Shown: positions 24,564-33,591, counted from the stretch's first letter. The stretch: 40,000 nucleotides of DNA from Levilactobacillus angrenensis (GCF_003946085.1 NZ_RHOB01000005.1:17716-57715), one strand, 5' to 3'. Numbers and translations are program-made. The notes: generated from the sequence alone by a model not told the origin.

Positions 24564-25807
24564 GGTCTGAAACCTCCCTTCCTCATAAGCGATTCAAGCT
24601 CGTATCTGGTCTTGTCAATTGAGTGGTCATTGCCATCCGGGTACCCCGCCTTAAAGTTGCCGTTAGGGTCCCGCGCTAACTCGTAGCTAGTAAACTCACG
24701 GGCTGTATTCGGACACCGCACTGGGTCGATCACAATCTCACGCAAGTCCTGTAGCCACTTGAATCCGTGCTCCCGGCTACCAGGACCTTTCCTAGCACCA
24801 ACCACGTTCAGTCCATAGTCTCGGAACTCAGCAATAGTCCGTGGTTCAGCGGAGTCAGCAGTAATCAATCCGTTCTCAGGGTTAAGCCGCTTAATGGCTT
24901 CCACAGCCTCACGATTGGTCATGCCAACCTGATAAATCTCGTTAAACAAAAAGACCCGGCGTCTTGCCGCGTCCCAGTATGCATCCCCATAGGCTAGCGG
25001 ATCGTGGGCGAACCCGAAGTCCATGCCATGGTAGATTTTATCGAAGTGAGAAATCTCTTCGTCTGTGATTTCTCTGATAGTAAGATTGTTGAAGACCTCG
25101 GCACCCGTCCCAGTGACCTCACCCAGATATTCGTGAGCGTATGCCTTGGGATTATCCTTCTTAAGCTGCTCTGCATCGGCTAGGAATTCTTTACCCAACC
25201 AGGCTTTAGGAACGCTGAGGTAGTCCGAGGTGTGCACCAGCGTGTCTTCGCGGCGTCCTTGCTCCTCGCGAGCTTGGTTAACCCAATTGTTGACACTGGC
25301 CGGTGGGTTGTAAGAATAGAAAGTCAGGATATCCGAGCCGCCCCGGTTGAGTGACTGGTTGATATTCCGAATTTCCTTCCAGCCTTTGAAATCTGCCACT
25401 TCTTCAAAGTGCTTATACTTAGTGTAGCCATGCCGGAACTTTTGTGACTTAATCTTCTCGGGCTTGTCGGCACCTTTGAATCGGATTTGCTGGCCAGTTG
25501 GAATGTAGGTTAGCTGCATGGGGCTCACCGAATCCGCCCACAGATGAGAGACGCCGAGAGTGTCAATCGCCCATAGGTATTGGTCGTAAACGGACTCACG
25601 GAGATTGGAAGCGTACCGTCTCATCACAACGGCGTTAGCGTCCGTGTCCTTCATAACTCCCAACACAATTTCAAGCGAAATAAAAGAGGACTTGGTACTA
25701 CCCCGTCCTCCAGAAAGCCAATAATTCGAATGTAATCGATGCTTGATGTCTTGGTGCAACTGATAGAAGCTCGGTGCCATTGAGTGAGCGAGACTTATTT
25801 TAGCCAT
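24554..25807 (-). CDS. Terminase large subunit (PBSX-type)
   Basis: Walker A-like WLSGGRGSTKSSF and a nuclease-domain C-terminus. The start at MAKISL is preferred (GGGAG 8 nt upstream); 25813 is an alternative. Confidence 0.9.
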   Translation of the reverse strand: MAKISLAHSMAPSFYQLHQDIKHRLHSNYWLSGGRGSTKSSFISLEIVLGVMKDTDANAVVMRRYASNLRESVYDQYLWAIDTLGVSHLWADSVSPMQLTYIPTGQQIRFKGADKPEKIKSQKFRHGYTKYKHFEEVADFKGWKEIRNINQSLNRGGSDILTFYSYNPPASVNNWVNQAREEQGRREDTLVHTSDYLSVPKAWLGKEFLADAEQLKKDNPKAYAHEYLGEVTGTGAEVFNNLTIREITDEEISHFDKIYHGMDFGFAHDPLAYGDAYWDAARRRVFLFNEIYQVGMTNREAVEAIKRLNPENGLITADSAEPRTIAEFRDYGLNVVGARKGPGSREHGFKWLQDLREIVIDPVRCPNTAREFTSYELARDPNGNFKAGYPDGNDHSIDKTRYELESLMRKGGFRPWK

Positions 25808-26162
25808 CTTCATCACTCCCAGCGGGGATGTCATCGGTGATTTGCACGGGACCGACTGTTGCAGTTACATCTTGTTTAACCGTTGGCATAAATCCAGCGC
25901 GATCCAGTAAATCCTTTGCGGCGTTATACCGGACCAGCTCACTTTTAGCTGACAGTAGATGAACCATTGTGCTCATCGCTCTAGGCGTCGATCGGGCAAT
26001 CACTCCATCAGTGAAAGCTCGCATTGCTTCCACAAACTCTTCATCACGTTTCCAACGAGAAAGCGTAGTCGGATGAATTTTTAGTTCTGTGCTAATTTGT
26101 GTTTGGGAGAGATTACCCTCAAACATTAGTTCAATAGCGCGTTTCTGCTTCTTTGTTATCAT
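25800..26162 (-). CDS. Terminase small subunit (HTH)
   Basis: LSQTQISTELKIHPTTLSRWKRDEEF is an HTH. 120 aa, overlapping the TerL start. Confidence 0.8.
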   Translation of the reverse strand: MITKKQKRAIELMFEGNLSQTQISTELKIHPTTLSRWKRDEEFVEAMRAFTDGVIARSTPRAMSTMVHLLSAKSELVRYNAAKDLLDRAGFMPTVKQDVTATVGPVQITDDIPAGSDEDG

Positions 26163-26208
26163 GTAATCCCTCCTTAATCATTAGCGTGATTTTGCAATTA
26201 AGACACTA

Positions 26209-26769
26209 CTATTTAATCATCGTCCATTTAATATTTTCACCGTCATGATACCAAGTTTTTAGAAAAACATCTTTAATGTATTTCTTTCCTATGCTTCCTG
26301 AACGATCTTTAACTTTAATCATAAAAATCAAATTTTCCGGTTTAACTGAATATTCAGTGCAAAGGTCTTTTAAGATTCCAGCACTGGGGGAAATACTATA
26401 TTGTCCAGTCTCGCCTGGAATTAGAACAGCATGATTATTTTCATTTTCATACAGATATGGTGCACTAGCACCAATGATGGTTGAACCTGTATCCCAACCC
26501 AGCCATGAAACACCAGCAAAAAGATAAATGGTATCAATGCTGACAGCCTTTTCTGATGATTTATTTCTGACATCTATCAGAATACGCACTTGTCCATCTG
26601 CTTCCATATGGGCATGGTTAGCTATCTTAGTTGATATTCGTATCTTTTTACTCTTATGTGATGCGTGTATCGAATATAATAACCCACTTGCCGTTATTAA
26701 GCCTGTGACCCAACTAGACCATGATCCTACCTCTAGTCCTAAAAAACTAAGAGCCAATGAATTAAGCAT
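26209..26769 (-). CDS. Hypothetical membrane-anchored protein (186 aa), AT-rich moron-like insertion
   Basis: GAAGGAGAAAG SD before MLNSLALSF. N-terminal hydrophobic segments, then a beta-rich soluble part. I recognised no family. Confidence 0.6.
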   Translation of the reverse strand: MLNSLALSFLGLEVGSWSSWVTGLITASGLLYSIHASHKSKKIRISTKIANHAHMEADGQVRILIDVRNKSSEKAVSIDTIYLFAGVSWLGWDTGSTIIGASAPYLYENENNHAVLIPGETGQYSISPSAGILKDLCTEYSVKPENLIFMIKVKDRSGSIGKKYIKDVFLKTWYHDGENIKWTMIK

Positions 26770-26875
26770 AATTACTTTCTCCTTCAAATTTAGTACATTG
26801 AATTACAGCATAACAAAACCCCAGCATTACTGCTAGGGTCAGTCTGAAGGAGATGTAATAATGGAAAATGCCAGT

Positions 26876-26957
26876 GGTAGGATTTGCACCTCACAACGGC
26901 AAGGCTGAATTGAAGGAGGCTTGGTACCTCAATTCAGCTGTGTCTACCTATTGCACC
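26876..26957. other. Structured non-coding element: long hairpin flanked by direct TTGCACC repeats and a GGTAG/CTACC outer pairing
   Basis: GCTGAATTGA (26904-26913) pairs with TCAATTCAGC (26929-26938), plus 2 more bp after a bulge. TTGCACC occurs at 26884-26890 and 26951-26957. GGTAG at 26876-26880 is complementary to CTACC at 26944-26948. Confidence 0.5.
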
Positions 26958-27006
26958 ACCGCAATACGCATTCTTTAAATTTATATCACAATATCATAGT
27001 AACTCT

Positions 27007-27534
27007 TTAGTTCGGCGTTTTGTGGACATCCATTCGGCGCGTTTTGGACATATCGTTTAGAGCGTCGATGCCGAACATCATGATCGACAACTCATCAATT
27101 GCTTTGCGTTCATCTCTCCGAATAGTCTTTTCGTCAACCTGGTAGAAGTCAGCCAGCTGTAATCGCGTCAACTTGCCATCAATCAAGTACAGCTTCTTGA
27201 TCACATCATACCGACGCTGCTCTTCAAACGTCCCAGCCTTACAAATTTCTTCATACCGACTGAGAATGTTATTGACGAACTCCATCATCTCTTTCGACCG
27301 CACGCGGTACCCCAGTAAGGAGTACAGACTCCGTTCATACTGAGACAGTGGCACGTCGTCATGAACCTCCGGCATATCCACGTTGAGGTGGCTCTCCAAT
27401 AACTGGTAGTGAGACAGCAATGATTTGGTGTTTCGTAGCTCCAATTCTGACTCGCTTTTAGAGAATTTCTTACCGCGTGTAATCAGCCCATCAACAATTT
27501 TACGGATGCTCGAGTCAGACAGTTCAATTGCCAT
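27007..27534 (-). CDS. ArpU-like / sigma-70 region-4-like late transcriptional regulator
   Basis: The C-terminal LTRLQLADFYQVDEKTIRRDERKAIDELS is an HTH. It sits immediately upstream of the packaging genes. Confidence 0.6.
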   Translation of the reverse strand: MAIELSDSSIRKIVDGLITRGKKFSKSESELELRNTKSLLSHYQLLESHLNVDMPEVHDDVPLSQYERSLYSLLGYRVRSKEMMEFVNNILSRYEEICKAGTFEEQRRYDVIKKLYLIDGKLTRLQLADFYQVDEKTIRRDERKAIDELSIMMFGIDALNDMSKTRRMDVHKTPN

Positions 27535-27721
27535 TCAGCAGCACCTCCCGGATAACTGCATTGCGTTCGGAACTAGACAGCCGATGATAGGCTACGTGCA
27601 CATTGTGAGGTAACTTGTAAACGTGATTGCTAATCCACACCAGGGAGCGGATAATATCCCGGCACTGGTCCTCAAATACGGTTAGCAGGTAATTTCGAAA
27701 CGTCTTTTGATCATCAGTCAT
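27524..27721 (-). CDS. Hypothetical protein (65 aa)
   Basis: The start was moved to MTDDQKTF (AAGGGGA 9 nt upstream). It overlaps both neighbours. Confidence 0.5.
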   Translation of the reverse strand: MTDDQKTFRNYLLTVFEDQCRDIIRSLVWISNHVYKLPHNVHVAYHRLSSSERNAVIREVLLNGN

Positions 27722-27926
27722 CACTATCAGTCCCCTTCCCATCTTCTAATTGCAACGACTTCAAGATATCTTGCATATCACCATCGAGTTCCCAAGTTCG
27801 GCCACTTACAAAATATACCGTCACTCCTCCCGTTAAAGGATTGAACTCATATGACTCAATATTATTTTGGTTTGCAACAGCCATTTCATTGCCAGCACCG
27901 TAGGTTCCCCAAGGGATTTTACTCAT
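27714..27926 (-). CDS. Hypothetical protein (70 aa)
   Basis: ATGAGTAA overlap with the MazG stop. Operon packing. Confidence 0.55.
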   Translation of the reverse strand: MSKIPWGTYGAGNEMAVANQNNIESYEFNPLTGGVTVYFVSGRTWELDGDMQDILKSLQLEDGKGTDSDD

Positions 27927-28275
27927 TCAAGTCCACCTCCTTCACAAAAACGCCATTGACCAACTTCCCCTTACGGCCGCTAATTTGCTCGTAGGCAAGT
28001 TCTAAACAGTCTCGGATAGATAATCCACGTTGTTGGCAGTAGATAGTCAGAACCACCAGAATATCGCCAACGCTATCAATTTCTTGCACTACCTGTTTCT
28101 TGTTGTAGGCAGCGGACAGCTCGCCAACCTCTTCAATCAGCTTTAACAATTGCTTAGCTGAATCTTGCGTGTCTAACTTTCGAGCGGCTGACCACTCTTC
28201 AATTTTTGGAATAAGACTATCCATTTGCTGATACCTCTCAATCATTAATAGCTTATCTGTCAGTGACTTTGCCAT
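27919..28275 (-). CDS. MazG-like nucleotide pyrophosphohydrolase
   Basis: LLKLIEEVGELSAAY...EIDSVGDILVVLTIYC has the EExxE/D-type MazG helices. Confidence 0.75.
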   Translation of the reverse strand: MAKSLTDKLLMIERYQQMDSLIPKIEEWSAARKLDTQDSAKQLLKLIEEVGELSAAYNKKQVVQEIDSVGDILVVLTIYCQQRGLSIRDCLELAYEQISGRKGKLVNGVFVKEVDLNE

Positions 28276-28287
28276 ACATCGCCCCTC

Positions 28288-28512
28288 CTAAATGTGGTTC
28301 CGTTTGATAAACGGTGTGCTCGCATACTCCATAATTACTTGTACCACTCGACTAGGAACGTTTCGTACTTCAAAATAATTAAGTGCCTGAGTATCGACGC
28401 TCCCATATGCAGTTGGGCTGCTATCATACTTCTCGAAAATCAGACTGGTGCCCGACGGCACTACCTCATAACCAAGTTTCTTCATAGCAGCGGTAAATTC
28501 AGCTGTCGTCAT
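28288..28512 (-). CDS. Hypothetical protein (74 aa)
   Basis: ORF in an operon context. Confidence 0.5.
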   Translation of the reverse strand: MTTAEFTAAMKKLGYEVVPSGTSLIFEKYDSSPTAYGSVDTQALNYFEVRNVPSRVVQVIMEYASTPFIKRNHI

Positions 28513-28712
28513 GGCTCTTCACCTACCAGTCTTCGTCCACACATGGGGCAATAGTTGATAACTCGCGTACTATCCCCATCCCCGTCATAATATTCTACGA
28601 GAATCACCGGATAACCGGTATCACTAGTATCAACAAAAACTTGAAAATCGCTGTTAGCTGGATCATTTAAGTCTGCCTTTCCGTGGCAGTATGGACAAGT
28701 TTTATCAGCCAT
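28509..28712 (-). CDS. Zinc-ribbon protein (67 aa)
   Basis: CPYC...CPMC cysteine pairs. Confidence 0.55.
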   Translation of the reverse strand: MADKTCPYCHGKADLNDPANSDFQVFVDTSDTGYPVILVEYYDGDGDSTRVINYCPMCGRRLVGEEP

Positions 28713-28714
28713 GG

Positions 28715-28918
28715 TTATTCCCCCATAAGCATTCTCAGGTACCCAGTCAATGCTGCCAAACCATTCTTGGTAAACTTTACAGAAACAATTTGGTCGTTCT
28801 TCCGTGCAAACTGTTTCGTTACTGTAATGGTATAAGTTCCATCGCGATTGTCAGAAATACCTAACGTGCCTTCAATTACTTTAGGTTCCGTCAGTGCTAC
28901 TTGTTCATATTGTGTCAT
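28715..28918 (-). CDS. Hypothetical protein (67 aa)
   Basis: AAGGAGGAAG SD upstream. Confidence 0.55.
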   Translation of the reverse strand: MTQYEQVALTEPKVIEGTLGISDNRDGTYTITVTKQFARKNDQIVSVKFTKNGLAALTGYLRMLMGE

Positions 28919-28930
28919 TTGTCTTCCTCC

Positions 28931-29113
28931 TTAAATGACTCCCCGCTTGCCCTTTTTCACTTTAACGATGCTATCGTTAGAAACCACGGTTCCAAAGCCG
29001 TTGTTAAACGTCACCATAACGGCTCCCTTGCCAACTTGAAAAACTTCCCCGTTTACGGTTGCGCCATTACGATCATGCCAGTAAACTACATCTCCAATTT
29101 CGATGTTTTTCAT
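28931..29113 (-). CDS. Hypothetical protein (60 aa, SH3/KOW-like beta fold guess)
   Basis: ATGA overlap with the upstream gene. Confidence 0.5.
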   Translation of the reverse strand: MKNIEIGDVVYWHDRNGATVNGEVFQVGKGAVMVTFNNGFGTVVSNDSIVKVKKGKRGVI

Positions 29114-29343
29114 TTGAGTTCCTCCAATAAATTCTTAGTCGACTTCAGCTCATAAACCGCTCTAGTTTCTTCCGTTGCAACTCCCGCTCGAACCGCCTTT
29201 GCTAGCCGCGAGTTACTGACAAATTCATAATACGACAGCCTAGAAAGTGCTCCCTCCACAGTCGCGGCTTCAACCGTTACCGTCCGAGTGTACGGGTATA
29301 ATTCAGGACGACGAAATTCGTTGACAATTAAATATTTGTGCAT
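29110..29343 (-). CDS. Hypothetical protein (77 aa)
   Basis: The start was moved to MHKYLIV (AGGAGG upstream). The 56-aa extension in the ORF track overlaps the previous gene. Confidence 0.55.
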   Translation of the reverse strand: MHKYLIVNEFRRPELYPYTRTVTVEAATVEGALSRLSYYEFVSNSRLAKAVRAGVATEETRAVYELKSTKNLLEELK

Positions 29344-29353
29344 GGTATACCTC

Positions 29354-29545
29354 CTATTGGTTGTCGGACATTGCGTCCATAAACTGGCAGTACCAAATAT
29401 AGCAAGATCGCCTATATTCCTTGACGTGGTCACTAATCCAGTTAGTTGCCCCTGTCTTTGACAAGTTGGTTGGCTCATCAATATAAAGTTCTGCGGCAAT
29501 TTTTCGAACAAACTTTTTCTGTTTTTCAGTCGCCTTGTCGTCCAC
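29354..29545 (-). CDS. Hypothetical protein (63 aa)
   Basis: GTG start with GAGGAGGA 5 nt upstream. Confidence 0.5.
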   Translation of the reverse strand: MDDKATEKQKKFVRKIAAELYIDEPTNLSKTGATNWISDHVKEYRRSCYIWYCQFMDAMSDNQ

Positions 29546-29765
29546 TTTTATCCTCCTCATGCTGAATCAACCGGTCCAGATAAGTCCGAGCTTTATACAG
29601 ATCTTCCAGACCATTCTTGCCTTGATATCTGACAACGTACTTAATCACGTTGCCAACCATAAAACCGACAAACTGCACATTGGTGAGTACACCGGTCTCA
29701 AAATGGTCAAACAAGTCTTGGCCCCCATGCTGGTAATACAGTGGTCGAATATCCTTATCAGTCAT
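29526..29765 (-). CDS. DUF3310-family phage protein
   Basis: YYQHGGQDLFDHFE...GNVIKYVVRYQGKNGLEDLYKARTYLDRLI is the typical DUF3310 pattern. Confidence 0.7.
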   Translation of the reverse strand: MTDKDIRPLYYQHGGQDLFDHFETGVLTNVQFVGFMVGNVIKYVVRYQGKNGLEDLYKARTYLDRLIQHEEDKSGRQGD

Positions 29766-29770
29766 ACGTT

Positions 29771-30109
29771 TCACTTCCTTCGTCGCCGCTTATACTTAAA
29801 ACCATATTTTTTAAGCAGCATGTACAAATTGTTAATCGGCATGGGGTACTCACCATCGCTGGTTAGTTCCGAAATTGAGTTGACTCGTTCCAGAATTTCA
29901 TCTGCCGTTAGTTCCATGGTCCCCATCTCACGTAAAGCGGCCAAAAGAATTACTTTGCGCTGTCGGGAATTGGTTTTTCGCTGATGATGACCACCTCTAT
30001 AAAACGGCTTCGCAACTATTTGAAGCTCCTCAACCACTTCGTCAGGCGCTGTGGCGACACTGCCATAAAGGTTTTCAACTTTGCGAACCGCCTTTACAAG
30101 CTCATTCAC
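29771..30109 (-). CDS. Hypothetical protein (112 aa) with a basic C-terminus
   Basis: GTG start with GGAGGTGG 6 nt upstream, overlapping the upstream TGA. Confidence 0.5.
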   Translation of the reverse strand: MNELVKAVRKVENLYGSVATAPDEVVEELQIVAKPFYRGGHHQRKTNSRQRKVILLAALREMGTMELTADEILERVNSISELTSDGEYPMPINNLYMLLKKYGFKYKRRRRK

Positions 30110-30467
30110 GATTAACCACCTCCAAAGCATCATCCACGCTCCTAGCTACTCCATACAAAACCGGAAAAGATTTAATGAATTGTGCAAATAATTTCTGGTC
30201 TGGTCGCAAACGCCCCTTAGCGTTCTTAATTTCCAGACAGAAAAATCTACCATCCGAATGCCGGAACCCGCAGAGGTCGGGGAACCCTCGCGGAAATAAC
30301 ATAATTGTTTGTCCAGACTCTGTTCGGACACGGCCGGCGTTGCTACGGAATACGGTGAAACCTTTCTTCGATAGGGCCAGCATGATGTCTGTCTGAATTT
30401 TGTGCTCACTTTCGATCCTGATTACCTCCAATCTGTGACGGGTGTGACGACCCACTTTCTTACCCAT
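30102..30467 (-). CDS. VRR-NUC domain nuclease (start uncertain)
   Basis: ESEHKIQTDIMLALSKKGFTVFRSNAG...GFPDLCGF...CLEIKNAKGRLRPDQKLF matches the VRR-NUC E...PD...ExK..Q pattern. The ORF-track N-terminus runs through the origin repeats with no SD. Confidence 0.7.
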   Translation of the reverse strand: MGKKVGRHTRHRLEVIRIESEHKIQTDIMLALSKKGFTVFRSNAGRVRTESGQTIMLFPRGFPDLCGFRHSDGRFFCLEIKNAKGRLRPDQKLFAQFIKSFPVLYGVARSVDDALEVVNRE

Positions 30468-30670
30468 CACACGCTCAGTTCTTACTCTCCCAACGCATGT
30501 GACGGGTGTGACTAGTGTGACGGCACTTTCAGACCCTTTTCTCTTATATACATTTATTTTTTTCATATCATGTTTTATAAGAAAAACTAGTCACACTAGT
30601 CACATCGCTTGAGGCTCTAAGCGTGACGGGTTATCTGGGTACCCGTCACAACCCATCACACCCGTCACAC
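30434..30670. repeat. Putative phage origin of replication: iterons flanking an AT-rich core
   Basis: TGTGACGGGTGTGAC occurs at 30434-30448 and 30498-30512. GTGACGG/GTGAC-type copies lie up to 30523. The AT-rich stretch is ~30541-30586. Inverted copies are CTAGTCACACTAGTCACA at 30587-30604, the palindrome GTGACGGGT-N9-ACCCGTCAC at 30623-30649, ACCCATCACA at 30651-30660 and ACCCGTCAC at 30660-30668. Confidence 0.65.
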
Positions 30671-32980
30671 CTACTTCTTGTAGTTTGTCACCAAGTCAAA
30701 TGGGGCCGTAAATTCTTGTACTTTAACACCGACGTAGTACGTACCTTGCCGGTCATGCTTCTTTTCAAATTTATTCCCCATTTCCTTACCAAATTTCGTT
30801 GAATTCATCAGATACTGAGAATTGTTGGTTGCCCAATCTTTATAACGTCGGTATAGCTCGGCCGCCCGAGCCATCTCATGCTTACCAATCGTGCAGCATT
30901 CTTCTAAGAACTCGGCCGTCACGTCCATTTCATTCCGGTAGGCCTGACTAGCTTCGACTACACTTGCCGGCGGCTTCAGTCCCTCTCTCTGCCACTTCAG
31001 GGCTCCCTCTACAGCCCAATTCAGTATGCCGACCTCTTCGCGTTGCAACTTGTACTTCAGATCCTTATCTACCCGGTTGTCTGGAATCTTGACCGCAAAC
31101 GGGACTAGCATGAGTCGCCGCCAGATACCGTCATCGGTGCCCCGGATAATTGGTTTGTGGTTGGTAGCCAGCCATAGCTTAAACTCAAATTCCTTACCGT
31201 AAAGGTATCGGGCTGTCACTGTGTCACCACCGGTAAGTTGCTTCACCAGTCCTTCATCTAGTCGGAGACCGTCGTTGGGTTCACTGGAAGTTACCAGTCG
31301 GGCGCCCTCTAACCGAGCAATATCCGAGTTGGCAGCGGAACTGTTATTCTTCACCATGATTGAGTCGGCCTGCATCGACCGAGCGTAGTTTCCTAGGGTG
31401 TCGGCAATCGTATCAATGAAGATTGACTTACCGTTTCTCCCGTTACCATAGAGGATAAACATGACTTGCTCTTTCGTGGAGCCAGTGAGTGAGTACCCCA
31501 CTGCCTTCTGCACGTAGTCAATCAGTTCTTTATCATCATTGAAAATTTGTTTCAAAAACTGGGTCCATTCCGGTGCATCAATCGTGTCGGTGTACTCCAC
31601 CGCGGCCTGCCGGGAGAAAAGCTTCTTGATATCATGCTCACGAAGGATACCGCTGGTTAAATCCACAAACCCATTGGCTACGTTAAGCAACGTCTTATCA
31701 CTATCAAACTCGCCATGGAGAACTGGAACCCGGTGTTTCAGCTCATCCATCATGGCTTTCTTACCTGCGTTGGAACGGGCTTTCTTGATGTGGTCATGAA
31801 ACTTTTTCTCGGCTTTATCAGTTGAAAGGTCGCTATTCGGCGGTACCACAAGCTTCTCATTTTTCATATCATCAACAACTCGGTCCACTAAGCTGTGAAT
31901 CTGACCAGTTTCATCCACAGACCAGAAACTGCCATTGTAGACCATCCAAGTTTTATCGGTGAATGAATACTTTACCAGCTCGCCATACCGATCCATAAAC
32001 CGGTCGGCATTCCCGGTATCGTCCCAGCTTCGGGGCGGTGAATCTTTCTTCTTTTCTGTCTGGTTAGCAAACTCAAAGTTGTACTTCAATGGCTCCTTGC
32101 GGCGGCGATTGAAAACGTCTCGCGTCTCATTAATCGCTTTGTTTAGTGTTGCTACCCCATAAGTGGTCTTACCGTGTTTCTCGTCCCACTTAGGTCGCAT
32201 CAAATTGGATTGCCGGTAAATCGAATCCATCTTTGTGAAGTCCCGACCAGTCCAGAATGCCAAGTCGTTAGCGAACGCGAGGTCAGCTTCCGACTGAGAG
32301 GCATAGAATTGCTCCCAACCACCTTCCATAAATAATTTGAATCGCTGTCCAGTACGGGAAGATTCAGCTCGCGCAATCACTTCCGTTTCCGACAAGTCAT
32401 TCAACTGTGGAAGTTGCTGATTAGGTAAGGTGACAACATTGCTAGGCTTCAAATATCGGTCATATAGTAACTTCAAAAGTTTCGGCTCCGGCTCGCTAAC
32501 TTCGTTGTGAGGACCAATCTGGTTACCCGTCATCGCGAAGAAACGCCCGTTCGTATACATCTCAACGTTACCTGACCGACGGCGATCACCCGGGATTTTA
32601 CCCTTAACGATGATGTGGATGCCAGTCCCAGAAACGCTAGTCTCAGCATAAGACTTGGTGATTGTCAGGAAATGCTGTACTTCGTTATCGTCCACATCCC
32701 CACTCTTCCAACGTTCCAAGTCTTGTTCCAAGTGGTCCACGTCAATACCGATATACGGCGGCTGGAAATAGAATCCCAAGCCGTCCATGCCGTAGTCGCC
32801 CATCGCTTGTAGCGCTGTATCAAAGTCTGACCATGTGGACGGGTCGTTGGACTTACCGTCGCCGCCAGTATACGGGTCCTTGGGGTACTTGGCATACTTG
32901 TTGCGGTCCGGTTGCCACTTGAGTTTATAAAGTCCCCACCGCTTTAGGGACTTGAGTTCCTTGGGAATTCGTTCATACAT
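30671..32980 (-). CDS. Bifunctional prim-pol / P4-type primase-helicase
   Basis: N-terminal prim-pol-like block (GLGFYFQPPYIGIDVDH) and a C-terminal Walker A (YGNGRNGKS) with D5/P4-like context. The start was moved to MYERIP (GGAGG 7 nt upstream). Confidence 0.85.
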   Translation of the reverse strand: MYERIPKELKSLKRWGLYKLKWQPDRNKYAKYPKDPYTGGDGKSNDPSTWSDFDTALQAMGDYGMDGLGFYFQPPYIGIDVDHLEQDLERWKSGDVDDNEVQHFLTITKSYAETSVSGTGIHIIVKGKIPGDRRRSGNVEMYTNGRFFAMTGNQIGPHNEVSEPEPKLLKLLYDRYLKPSNVVTLPNQQLPQLNDLSETEVIARAESSRTGQRFKLFMEGGWEQFYASQSEADLAFANDLAFWTGRDFTKMDSIYRQSNLMRPKWDEKHGKTTYGVATLNKAINETRDVFNRRRKEPLKYNFEFANQTEKKKDSPPRSWDDTGNADRFMDRYGELVKYSFTDKTWMVYNGSFWSVDETGQIHSLVDRVVDDMKNEKLVVPPNSDLSTDKAEKKFHDHIKKARSNAGKKAMMDELKHRVPVLHGEFDSDKTLLNVANGFVDLTSGILREHDIKKLFSRQAAVEYTDTIDAPEWTQFLKQIFNDDKELIDYVQKAVGYSLTGSTKEQVMFILYGNGRNGKSIFIDTIADTLGNYARSMQADSIMVKNNSSAANSDIARLEGARLVTSSEPNDGLRLDEGLVKQLTGGDTVTARYLYGKEFEFKLWLATNHKPIIRGTDDGIWRRLMLVPFAVKIPDNRVDKDLKYKLQREEVGILNWAVEGALKWQREGLKPPASVVEASQAYRNEMDVTAEFLEECCTIGKHEMARAAELYRRYKDWATNNSQYLMNSTKFGKEMGNKFEKKHDRQGTYYVGVKVQEFTAPFDLVTNYKK

Positions 32981-32997
32981 CAGCAAGCCTCCTCGTA

Positions 32998-33591
32998 TTA
33001 GAACGGTAAGTCTGAATCATCGACAACCGGTGCGTTCCCAGTACTAGCAAATGGATCACTATTATTGCCAGTCGAACTAGTAGTTGGCTGCGGAGTTGGT
33101 GCGTTCTTCTTGTCCTTAAAAGTATGCTGCACTTGTGGAAACTTCGTTACTTCGAAATTCCACGGTGCCACCCGGTTAACCGTGCTGGTCTCGCCATTGT
33201 AGGTGTTTTCTTCTTGTTTCACGAAAACCCGAACTGGTACACCGACAATCAACTTGATGAAATCATCCACAGTGTGTAGCGGTGTGCCTTCTGGGACCTT
33301 CGCCGCTTGCAGGATGTACTGGAAGCCATCCAAGTCATACTGGTTGGTCGCTTTGCGTTTCCAGTTATCCATGAAGATGTGGCGGTTGTGGAACTTTGCG
33401 TTGGTTTCTGCTAAGTCCGTCACCTTATCCAAATCGTTCCGGACTAACAAATCAATCTGCAATGTTTCGGCCCCATTCTTAGTGGCGTCTTCCTTAGCGT
33501 TATTGATGATCATTTCGTAGTTACCGGCGGGCACCGCATCGTAGTTACCGCCTGTGTTGTTTGAGTAGTCTGTGTTCATAAAGTCTGCCAT
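32998..33591 (-). CDS. DUF669-type phage single-stranded-DNA-binding-like protein
   Basis: The C-terminal acidic tip DDSDLPF resembles the SSB tail (D-D-D-I-P-F type). The call is also supported by its position between the helicase and primase genes. Confidence 0.7.
   Translation of the reverse strand: MADFMNTDYSNNTGGNYDAVPAGNYEMIINNAKEDATKNGAETLQIDLLVRNDLDKVTDLAETNAKFHNRHIFMDNWKRKATNQYDLDGFQYILQAAKVPEGTPLHTVDDFIKLIVGVPVRVFVKQEENTYNGETSTVNRVAPWNFEVTKFPQVQHTFKDKKNAPTPQPTTSSTGNNSDPFASTGNAPVVDDSDLPF

Noticed and set aside
26870-26965. tRNA-like appearance (GGTAG...TGCAAATCC-type strings) on either strand
   Set aside because: I tried to fold it as a class I and as a class II tRNA. The acceptor arms do not pair (GCGGTGG versus CACTGGC). 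The putative T stem has only 3 bp and a non-canonical loop. The central stem of 10-12 bp is far too long for an anticodon arm.
30468-30566. 33-aa N-terminal extension of the VRR-NUC ORF starting at 30566
   Set aside because: The ATG lies in the AT-rich origin core without an SD, and the extension is a translation of the iterons.
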